Assembly (NCBI GenBank): GCA_018985225.1
Contig: JADGIF010000313.1
Coordinates: forward strand, 1-11,202
Origin: Amoeboradix gromovi X-113
Lineage: Eukaryota > Fungi > Sanchytriomycota
DNA length: 11,202 bases
Direction: 5' to 3'
Positions 1 through 7,390 of this stretch are shown here, one piece after another. The position numbers and the translations under genes were made by a program. Under the pieces are notes generated by a model. It searched no databases. It was given only the letters and a program-made list of their open reading frames with translations, and had not been told where the DNA came from. Within the stretch, counting starts at the first letter, position 1; every line of letters begins with the position of its first letter.

Positions 1-213
1 AAAACTAGACTAGATAAGAGTAATGATGTTAGTATAACATTACAAAATGACTCTAGAAAAGAGTACCGTCTAAGAAAATGCACCTTTTGCTTAGATGCTC
101 AAAGACCTCATATATTTGAACGAGATGCAGGGTCTTCTAGTTTTATTTTGAAGAGGGGATTAAAGGTAGTGAAAGAAAATTGGTATAATAGAAGATCTTT
201 AAATACGAGTTAG
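1..213 (+). pseudogene. C-terminal fragment of a Fanzor/TnpB-like RNA-guided nuclease ORF, 5'-truncated by the window edge (intact gene or relic cannot be decided)
   Basis: Frame +1 is open from base 1 to TAG 211-213: KTRLDKSNDVSITLQNDSRKEYRLRKCTFCLDAQRPHIFERDAGSSSFILKRGLKVVKENWYNRRSLNTS*. R-x-x-x-CxxC, then RD ~10 aa later, then small residues and hydrophobic IL resembles the TnpB/Fanzor second Zn-finger pair plus RuvC-III (consensus RDxNAAxNI). It lies directly before a transposon-like end. Motif match by eye only. Confidence 0.6.
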
Positions 214-238
214 TCTAGTTTTTATATTTGGTGTCCCA
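114..238 (+). repeat. Copy 1 of dispersed element right-end repeat; terminal 31 bp (208-238) is the TIR
   Basis: Aligns to 6446-6606 and to the reverse complement of 11041-11202. It carries an internal deletion of ~37-40 bp between CTTT microhomologies and ends GGTGTCCCA. Confidence 0.93.
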
Positions 239-262
239 TGTCTCGTGGAAACTCAGATATTA

Positions 263-320
263 TTCTTTTTGTCGTCCCCTTTTACTCCCATCACACTTTT
301 CGCAGAGCATGTCCCAAATG
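263..320 (+). repeat. Copy A of a second dispersed 58-bp repeat ending CAGAGCATGTCCCA(R)ATG
   Basis: Ungapped 43/58 match (manual count) to 7391-7448, including an identical 14-mer CAGAGCATGTCCCA. Confidence 0.75.
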
Positions 321-713
321 CTGAATAGCAAACTTCATGTTCTGGTGAACTTGACAAAAACAAACATATTCCACTACGTTAAGGAGCCAAAGATCGAGTT
401 TTTAAGATTTAAATATATGATGAAATATCCACCACATGCATTTAGACGAGATCATTGGAGAGAAGTAGCAGTTGTTGAAGGTCCAGTAAGGCCTCTTTTT
501 GAGCCTGTTCTTATAAAATTTCCATCAGACAAGACAAAGCTGCTAAATGAACTTCATGACTTGAATCCGATTCAAAGATACTTAAAGGAATTAAATAATT
601 GCTGTGGTGAGGGCACTAAAATCCGCTGGAAAATGAAAGAATATTGTCCAGAACTAGCCGCGCAGGAATGGAACGAAGAAAATATTACGTTACTTACTGA
701 AACTTTGGATTAG
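318..713 (+). CDS. Hypothetical protein (start uncertain)
   Basis: Open frame in AT-rich DNA with no recognisable motif. The first ~30 codons of the tracked ORF (from 228) run through two repeat ends, so the start was moved to ATG 318. Confidence 0.3.
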   Translation: MLNSKLHVLVNLTKTNIFHYVKEPKIEFLRFKYMMKYPPHAFRRDHWREVAVVEGPVRPLFEPVLIKFPSDKTKLLNELHDLNPIQRYLKELNNCCGEGTKIRWKMKEYCPELAAQEWNEENITLLTETLD

Positions 714-878
714 AATAAATTGCAATTTTATTTCTTTATACGCTTGTACATCTCCTTGAACCAAGAAAGATCAAATTATGAGTGTCGTTTGAAAGCATGA
801 ATACTAAATTATTCAAGATATGGACTAATTCACGTGCACTATTATTTCCTAAACACCCCGCAGCAAAACAGATTGAGT

Positions 879-2039
879 ATGGAGGATGACTTTTGCTTTG
901 TTAATAAACTATCTGTTGAAGAATCTAGCACAGTGAAAACTAGACCGACTGAACAGGACAGAAAAAGATTTCAAATTAGTTTAAGAAAGGAAAATTCTAA
1001 AATTTTGCAATCCAAACAGCACAAGCTTGATTTCTTGCAATTTGGACAATTCCAAATTAAAACATGGTACATAAGTCCTTTTCCTCAAGATTTTGCCAGT
1101 CTTAAGAAACTTTATATGTGTCAATACTGTTTAAATTACATGAGCAATGAGTTGACATATTTGAACCATCTCGATAATTGTACAATCAGGCATCCACCAG
1201 GCAATGAAATCTACAGAGATGGCAAATTAAGTATATTTGAGGTTCACGGTTCGAAGTCTAAACTTTATTGTCAAAATCTCTGTTTACTTGCCAAATTATT
1301 TCTCGATACAAAGGCCCTTTACTATGATGTAGATCCTTTCACGTTTTATATTCTTACTGAATATAATGGCCCTGACCCAAATGCTTCCATTCATTTAGAA
1401 TCCCCAATTGACAATAACAATTTTGCTTTGCCTGGTGGTAACAATATTGGTTGTAACTTCATTGGTTATTTCAGTAAAGAAATGGATTCTAAAACTTTTA
1501 ATCTTAGCTGTATTTGTATTTTGCCAATCTATCAGAATAAGGGATACGGTCAATATTTAATAGATTTTAGCTACTTGCTAACCAAGCTAGAGAATAAGCA
1601 AGGCAGCCCTGAGAAACCATTATCTTTCAGTGGTTGTATTAGCTATCGATCCTACTGGAAATTGAGAATCGCAGAGAAACTGAATACTATTGGTAATGGC
1701 CCTATATCTATTCCTTCTATTGCCTCCGAGCTTGGAATGACTGTTGATGATGTCGTCTTTATCTTGTACCATAACAACCTACTTGCTAAGCTGCCTAATA
1801 ACGAATACTCGCTTACTCTTAACAAGGAATGGCTAGCAGACGTTGTTCGGAAAGGCCTTAGGAGGAAGAGAATAAATAGAGACTATCTGCAATGGGAAAT
1901 ACCCAAGATTCACGTTCCCACGCTAAATCATGAGTCGCACTCATTGGCAAGAAATGATGAATTTGATGTAGAAAAATCTGAAAAGGAAGCGGAACGCCAG
2001 GAAAGTAATGAAGATGAAATAATAGAATTGATTCAGTAG
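879..2039 (+). CDS. MYST-family histone acetyltransferase (Sas2/Sas3/Esa1-like HAT domain, no chromodomain seen)
   Basis: TWYISPFP, C2HC finger CQYCLNY..HLDNC, HPPGNEIY, YCQNLCLLAKLFLD.K.LYYDV.PF.FY, GYFSKE, NLSCI, acetyl-CoA motif YQNKGYG, GSPEKPLS with the catalytic Glu. First ATG is at 879; the ORF track starts at a GTG. An upstream exon is not excluded. Confidence 0.93.
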   Translation: MEDDFCFVNKLSVEESSTVKTRPTEQDRKRFQISLRKENSKILQSKQHKLDFLQFGQFQIKTWYISPFPQDFASLKKLYMCQYCLNYMSNELTYLNHLDNCTIRHPPGNEIYRDGKLSIFEVHGSKSKLYCQNLCLLAKLFLDTKALYYDVDPFTFYILTEYNGPDPNASIHLESPIDNNNFALPGGNNIGCNFIGYFSKEMDSKTFNLSCICILPIYQNKGYGQYLIDFSYLLTKLENKQGSPEKPLSFSGCISYRSYWKLRIAEKLNTIGNGPISIPSIASELGMTVDDVVFILYHNNLLAKLPNNEYSLTLNKEWLADVVRKGLRRKRINRDYLQWEIPKIHVPTLNHESHSLARNDEFDVEKSEKEAERQESNEDEIIELIQ

Positions 2040-2046
2040 TTTATTA

Positions 2047-3036
2047 CTAGCTAGTTTCTAGCAATTTCAGGTACCATTCCACAAACCACGGATCAGCTTG
2101 TACTTTGATGTTGCAATAAATCAGTTCCATATCCATAACATGATACTGCTTATAAATAGCATTAAGTGACAAGGCCGAATACATAGGAATGCCTTGGACC
2201 TTTAAAACAGGCAATCCTAAATAATAAATCAGTATAGATACCACATCTCTTGGATGCATATATAATGCTTCGATTAGCGCTTGACTATGAAAGCATGAAT
2301 AAAACACCAGTTCTAGGATACTTGTAATCATCGGGAAGTCGGTGTTCTCTGTCACATCTTGATAGAAGTCATGACGAGGAATGATTAGCTGCACTAACCT
2401 TTCTGTGTACTTGATGATCTCGTCATACACGAATCCGAGATCCTTGTGAGGGTTCGTTCTTATCATTGATGAAAGAATAGTACATGTTTGCTGAATGAAC
2501 CATCTATCTTCGTGAAGAAGGTAAGAGCATAGCTTTTTAAATAGTACGATTTGTGTATCTGAAGGAAGCCATCTAGAATTGGCCATGCTATTGAAAATAA
2601 AAAACGCAATCTTTTTGATGTGTAGCTGGTCCTTGAAAAGAGTGTTGAGATCCAACAGCCTGTTTAAGAGCTCAAAGGTTTCTGGAATTGATATTAAACT
2701 GGAACCGTTAGATATGGCCAAGTTGTTTAAACAGACCATGCAGTATAGCAGCAAACTGTTGGTATTTGGAGCCAATAATGGGTTCTGATTATTAACTGAC
2801 TCTAGCAAGCGAAGAGACAATGAAGTTAATCTATCGATGAATGGAGGAATCAAACCAACTGGATAGTCTTGGCAGGAAATCAAGTGCAGCAATGCCCACT
2901 CATTTTCATTAGCCAACTTACAAGATATGGCCATAAACAATCTCCTGAATGTAGGGGGTTCACTCACACGAGTGTTGAACTGCATTTTACTGGGTCTGCG
3001 ATGCTCACCATTAGCAACTTGTTCCAGTGACAACAT
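2047..3036 (-). CDS. Armadillo-like helical protein, probably an Rsc9/ARID2/Swi1-type SWI/SNF-RSC subunit domain
   Basis: Long Leu-rich helical ORF. RRLFMAISCKLANENEWAL resembles the RLxLSLxSGLxNEVxWAL motif of Rsc9/ARID2/Swi1. Start placed at ATG 3036 because ATG 3090 overlaps the PRP40 3' end. Confidence 0.6.
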   Translation of the reverse strand: MLSLEQVANGEHRRPSKMQFNTRVSEPPTFRRLFMAISCKLANENEWALLHLISCQDYPVGLIPPFIDRLTSLSLRLLESVNNQNPLLAPNTNSLLLYCMVCLNNLAISNGSSLISIPETFELLNRLLDLNTLFKDQLHIKKIAFFIFNSMANSRWLPSDTQIVLFKKLCSYLLHEDRWFIQQTCTILSSMIRTNPHKDLGFVYDEIIKYTERLVQLIIPRHDFYQDVTENTDFPMITSILELVFYSCFHSQALIEALYMHPRDVVSILIYYLGLPVLKVQGIPMYSALSLNAIYKQYHVMDMELIYCNIKVQADPWFVEWYLKLLETS

Positions 3037-3070
3037 AAAGCAATAAGGGGAATTGCAAACACAAAATGAT

Positions 3071-4372
3071 TTATTTAAAACTAGATTCATATATCAGTCT
3101 TACATTCACGTTGGGGATATGCCTTGTTCTAGGATTGCTATCGAATGCTTTATTAAATATTAATTTTTTAAATTCATGAAAAGTTATTTGACGAGGAATT
3201 CTAATTCTGTAGTCTTTGACAAAATTAATCAAATTCTTTTTATCTGTTATATACAGATCATACTCGTCTTCTACCAAATCCCAGAAAAGTTCAATAGGAG
3301 TGCTGCCAACCGATTCAGCTACCAATTCATAGCTTTTCCATTTTGAGATTGTTGGATAGCATTCAGTCCAGGTTGACTTGGCATGCAGATCACCACTAAA
3401 CTTCAAATTTATAAGATCCTTTCTAAACTGGTTTCTGGACTCAGAAGCCTTTTTTCTTGCTTCAGTTATTTTTAAAAGGTGGTTTGTGTTTGCAACATTT
3501 TCGCAGTTTTTAATTTTTTCTTCAAAGTACAATAACAGATCAATGTTAGCTAGTTGGTTCGACTCTACCTGCCAGATATCATGGGACTTTACACTCTTTT
3601 CAAACTCAGCCCACTTTGAGTTGATGTTTATACCGAAATCTACAGAATCCAGCAATTTGTAAACTTTAGTTTTAAGCTGCTGTCTGTACTTTTCTTCGAT
3701 TGTTTTCAAATAGTTCAACGACTCCTTCCATGCTCGTTCTAGATAGTCTTTCTCTATAATAACTGAAGAGATTTTTAGATCTTTAAAAACTGCCGAAAAT
3801 TCAACAAAAGTCATTTCTGACTTCAAGTCTCCAAATTTAAAATGTTCCTCAAGTTTCTGCTTGATCTCTTGAAAAATTTTCATAAATTCTACCTCTCGTC
3901 GTTCTCTCATAATCTCACGATGCTCTGAAATGTAGTTAAAAAATGCTTGTTTACGTTCACTTGCTGTTTTTAATGATTTGAACAGGGGATCATTATATAT
4001 CTTACGAATAGTAGATTCGTAAGTCCAGGTGTCATCTATATTCATTTTTTCCAAAAGCTTGACAAATTTTTCCGTAGGTGTCAGCGATTCAGTGTTGCTC
4101 TTTAATTCATCATCCGAATCTGTTTTCTCAGACTCGAAATCGTCCATTTCGTCATCTTGATTCTGCAAAGTGGTTCTAGGATCCTCCCATTGCGTCTGCT
4201 TTGTTATGGTATTATAGTAATAAGTATCGCCATCCTCATCTACCATCTCTTTCCAAGGATTGTCAAAATCTGGCTTGACCCACGCAGTCTCATTTGTGAA
4301 TTTGTTTACATAGTAAACCTTACCCTGCTTGTCTTTGAATTCCTCCCACGCTTCTTTTGTGTTCTCCCCCAT
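3071..4372 (-). CDS. PRP40: Pre-mRNA processing factor 40 (U1 snRNP-associated WW/FF protein)
   Basis: Two N-terminal WW domains (WEEFKDKQGKVYYVNKFTNETAWVKP; WKEMVDEDGDTYYYNTITKQTQWEDP), FF domains (FVKLL..WTYE..DPLF..ERKQAF) and the Prp40-typical GSTPIELFWDLVE. Confidence 0.9.
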   Translation of the reverse strand: MGENTKEAWEEFKDKQGKVYYVNKFTNETAWVKPDFDNPWKEMVDEDGDTYYYNTITKQTQWEDPRTTLQNQDDEMDDFESEKTDSDDELKSNTESLTPTEKFVKLLEKMNIDDTWTYESTIRKIYNDPLFKSLKTASERKQAFFNYISEHREIMRERREVEFMKIFQEIKQKLEEHFKFGDLKSEMTFVEFSAVFKDLKISSVIIEKDYLERAWKESLNYLKTIEEKYRQQLKTKVYKLLDSVDFGININSKWAEFEKSVKSHDIWQVESNQLANIDLLLYFEEKIKNCENVANTNHLLKITEARKKASESRNQFRKDLINLKFSGDLHAKSTWTECYPTISKWKSYELVAESVGSTPIELFWDLVEDEYDLYITDKKNLINFVKDYRIRIPRQITFHEFKKLIFNKAFDSNPRTRHIPNVNVRLIYESSFK

Positions 4373-4417
4373 TGTTAGAGTTACAAACCTGGATTTAAGT
4401 AAATATTAATGTATTTA

Positions 4418-5495
4418 TTATAACTCATCTTCGCCAGGTGCCTTAACGTCAATCTCTGGACCTTTAAAGACTCGCAGGATATTGCGTCGAATATAAAAGT
4501 CATCCTTCTTTGCCGGGGTCAAATCACCAGATAGCACACGCCCTAGTCTATTCAATTCTGTCCCAATAAATTTAGAATCGTTTACCACCCGATCCATAAC
4601 CTGGTAATAATACTTAGCGTATCGTGTGCCAATCATTTCTGCAGCTTCCTTGGTCTTTTTAATAACTGATTTTTTGTCCTTTGATTTCGAGAATTCTTCT
4701 ACCAAATTATTCATTAAAACAATCGTACCCTGAGTTGGGCCCAATTTGCCACCCACTTGTCTGTCGGATCCTGTCACTTTATTCAAATAGGCAATGATGC
4801 CAGCTTCATTACGTTTACCATCAAAGGTTTGTGGTTCTTTGTCTCCTTTTGGAAAAAACTTTAAAGTAGGGAAGCCTGTAATTCCGTACTTTCCTGCTGT
4901 AATTGTCTCATCTTCAGCATTTATTTTAGCCAGAACGATATCTTCCTCGTTTGCAAAAGCAGAGGCCACCAACTCATATTCCGGAGCTAACTTCTTACAA
5001 TGACCTATATTAGCGAGTAATACCGCACCATGGTGCATAAAATTCAACCAATACATGTTTATCGCCATTAACATATTCTGCAAAAGATTTGTCTGTCAAC
5101 TCCAATACATAAGATTTGGACTCTTTTATCGTAGATTCAACACTAGTCTTCGATTTCAAAAACTTTGCCATGTCTTCAAAGCTTCTTCCACCATTATAGT
5201 CTGATGGTTTCAAAGAATGCGCATCGAAATATTTCAGAGTGGGATAGCCAGTTACACCAAATTTAGATCCGAATTCTTTGTACGCACTGGCATCTAATGA
5301 TGCTACAACCACATCATCTTCGCTGTAAGCGTCACCCAGTTTTATGTAATCAGAAGCCATCGCTTTGCAATGTCCACACCACGGAGCATAGAATTTGACC
5401 AAGGCTGGTGAAGAACCACCAACAAATTCGTCAAATGTTTCTGGCGTTAGCTCTATCATCTTACCAAATATACTCGTAATTAAAACAGCGAGCAT
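4418..5495 (-). CDS. Protein disulfide isomerase, PDIA6/ERp38/TigA type; two exons 5495-5024 and 5004-4418, 352 aa
   Basis: Signal-like N-terminus, first FYAPWCGHC, second FYAPWCGHC restored by removing intron 5023-5005, ERp29-like helical C-terminal domain and C-terminal EDEL ER-retention signal. Joins tracked ORFs 5010..5495 and 4418..5083. Confidence 0.93.
5005..5023 (-). other. 19-nt spliceosomal intron (phase 1) in the PDI gene
   Basis: Minus strand reads TGG TGC G|GTATTACTCGCTAATATAG|GT CAT TGT. It has GT..AG ends and a branch-point-like GCTAAT, and its removal gives exactly W-C-G-H-C and repairs the frame. Confidence 0.88.
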
Positions 5496-5680
5496 AGTTT
5501 CAAAAATAATAATGATAGAGCATTGATTAGATCCTTAAACATAACAAGTATAAAGCAGTTTAAGTCTAGAGCCTCGTTGATGCATGTTCCTAGTAAATTT
5601 CACCGAGTTTGCTGTTTTTCGTTCTTAAAGTGTTAAACTCTCTTTGGAAATAGTAAGAGCTTAATGATTAGTTTCGCGCT

Positions 5681-6190
5681 ATGAAAAAAGAAACAAAAGA
5701 TGACTATTGTGTTACCAACGTCTTATCAGAAGAATCCCAGAAAACTATATTCCCCGGTCCTTTGGAGCATCAAAATAAGACTCAATCTTAACAACCACCA
5801 GAAAACTCAAGAAAAGTGATCGCAGAAATCAAAAAAGCAATTAAGGTGCTGCTATCTGCTAAACCAAATTTATAATGTCGTAAGAAATAATTTACTGTGG
5901 TGATGGCAGTTGTATGCAGAACAGAAATGGCGATTTAAATACCAGAATAAAGAAGCTATTTATGTACTTTGTAGACATAGATTGGAGTTGATTGCTCATG
6001 ATTCCAGTGCATAGAGTGTGCTCTATCAGTAACCGGAATATCTTAAGTGTAAGAACATTTAACGACTTCTTAGAGGCCCATTGTAACTCTAGTGTGTCCA
6101 CAGTCATGCGGTAGCGAGAAAGCCCTTAGTGAGGTCAGAGATGCTGTCGTGAAGTGGTCGGCTGAGTTTTACACTGTGAAAACACTTTAA
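5681..6190 (+). pseudogene. Decayed Fanzor1-like nuclease relic A (stops and frameshifts)
   Basis: Collinear peptide pieces across frames: VLSEESQKT; IKIRLNLNNHQKTQ / VIAEIKKAI; IIYCGDGSCMQNRNGDLNTRIKKLFMYF (5887-5970); LLMIPVHRVCSIS (5992-6030); RPIVTLVCPQSCGSEKALSEVRDAV (6074-6148). This is the order expected for the RuvC-II / Zn finger / RuvC-III region. Confidence 0.5.
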
Positions 6191-6606
6191 GACATCAAAC
6201 ATAAAAACTGGACTAACTTTCTGTACCAACTTGGAACATTATTTCAGCTTTATTAATTTTATGGATTTAAGAGGCGAGTGGACATTCAGCTAATTGACGA
6301 GTATAAAAGGAGAATAAATATTCTGTACAGCTATTCTCTTACTCTTTCATCCAATCTTTATCATAATACTAATTCATAGTAGGGTATATTTTCATTTAAT
6401 CTTGCCCATAAATAGAGACCTTTCCTAATAAAGTTATGGCCAAGAGAACGAGATGCAGGGTCTTCTACTTTTATTTTGAAGTGGGGATTGAAAGTAATGA
6501 AAGAAAATTGGTATAATAGAAGATCTTTTATTAATGATAGCATTTCCTCAGTATGGAGCACCTCCTTTAAAAACCAGTTGGCCTAGTTTTTATATTTGGT
6601 GTCCCA
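6188..6606 (+). mobile_element. 419-bp non-autonomous TIR element (MITE-like 'ghost') carrying the Fanzor-like 3' end
   Basis: Left TIR 6188-6218 TAAGACATCAAACATAAAAACTGGACTAACT matches the reverse complement of the right ends (24/31 to its own 6576-6606, 26/31 to copy 1, 25/31 to copy 3). 6446-6606 is copy 2 of the repeat. No convincing target-site duplication. Confidence 0.82.
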
Positions 6607-6810
6607 TATAGTGGACAATTCTTTATCACCAAATGCAGAATGCCTTATAAAAAATAACAATAGCTACAGAAGGCACTCTTCCAGAGAAAGTATCGGGTGT
6701 CTTTTAGCGCCAACATAGAGATTCCTATAGCATATACAAGACATTCAAGATTTGTCTGGTAATTGTATCTCTTCTTCGAAAGACCATACTATTTGAGAGT
6801 CTCATCCAAC

Positions 6811-6987
6811 AAGTATAAAGAGGCACTTGAGAGACTAGCCAGTACTAGCTCTTATTGCTTCATAGTCACCGTAGTTATTAACGACCACGGAAGTGGTCAT
6901 GTGTAAGTAGAAAAAGACTCAACGACAGCAAGAAATATAAGTCTGAAGCATATTAAATCCCGCCTAAGGGAAACGGAAGAGCAGTAA
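6811..6987 (+). pseudogene. Possible highly decayed TnpB/Fanzor2-like C-terminal relic B
   Basis: Frame +1: KYKEALERLASTSSYCF...*VEKDSTTARNISLKHIKSRLRETEEQ*. TSxxC and KDSTTARNISLK resemble TSxxC and RDxNG/AARNIxLK. RKWSC (6888-6902, frame +3) sits where the second Zn pair is expected. Confidence 0.35.
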
Positions 6988-7076
6988 ACCATCGCAACGG
7001 ATCGACTGGCTTTCTCCATTTCTTTGTGGAAATTCTTGATTTTCTTCTAAATCAGAGTTTTAATGAAGAGCAGAGT

Positions 7077-7170
7077 AGTCGTTGGGCGTTGCAAACTCAA
7101 GAAAAAGCAGTGCCAACGACTTGCCACCAAGGCAAAAGACAACTTCTTGTTGAGGGTGCGTAAGTTCCCT
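7077..7170 (+). ncRNA. Candidate structured RNA (possible omegaRNA scaffold)
   Basis: 15-bp stem AGTCGTTGGGCGTTGC (7077-7092) / GCAGTGCCAACGACT (7107-7121) with one bulge and two G-U pairs. Further hairpins TTGCC-ACCAA-GGCAA and AGGG..CCCT. Loop CTCAAGAA is complementary to downstream TTCTTG/TTGAG. Confidence 0.4.
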
Positions 7171-7390
7171 TTCTGTTATTTCCAGTACCATAGTTTATCA
7201 CTTTTATTAGGCAAATTCTCTATCGTCGTACTTAATATTTGTAGCCAATTTTTCCACCACGATCCAATATACTTCAAACTTGCCTTTATTGAATTTTCTA
7301 GTGCTGGCTTAGAAGTCTAATACAACTAGTATGGTTTGTTGTTGGTGCCATTTTAAAACTTTTGGTCATTTTATTACTTGTTATCTCTGT

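Noticed and set aside
1364-1450. Asn/Pro-rich insertion in the MYST domain as a retained intron
   Set aside because: It is in frame, lacks a convincing GT..AG pair, and falls at a loop that tolerates insertions.
2579-2788. Short antisense ORFs in the track (also 3378-3662, 4157-4378, 4794-5003, 7827-8066, 9004-9210, 9403-9624, 9893-10096, 10498-10707)
   Set aside because: They are shadows opposite well-supported genes and carry no motifs.
4418-5495. PDI as two genes, a pseudogene or a programmed frameshift
   Set aside because: A canonical GT-AG 19-nt intron restores WCGHC exactly.
5892-6561. Minus-strand ORFs 5892-6107 and 6361-6561, and plus-strand ORF 7063-7320
   Set aside because: They are short, motif-less and overlap element relics or the structured RNA. 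The informative frames are on the + strand.
6186-6608. TA target-site duplication (Tc1/mariner-like)
   Set aside because: It would put the TIRs 2 bp out of register, and copies 1 and 3 are followed by TG and CT, not TA.
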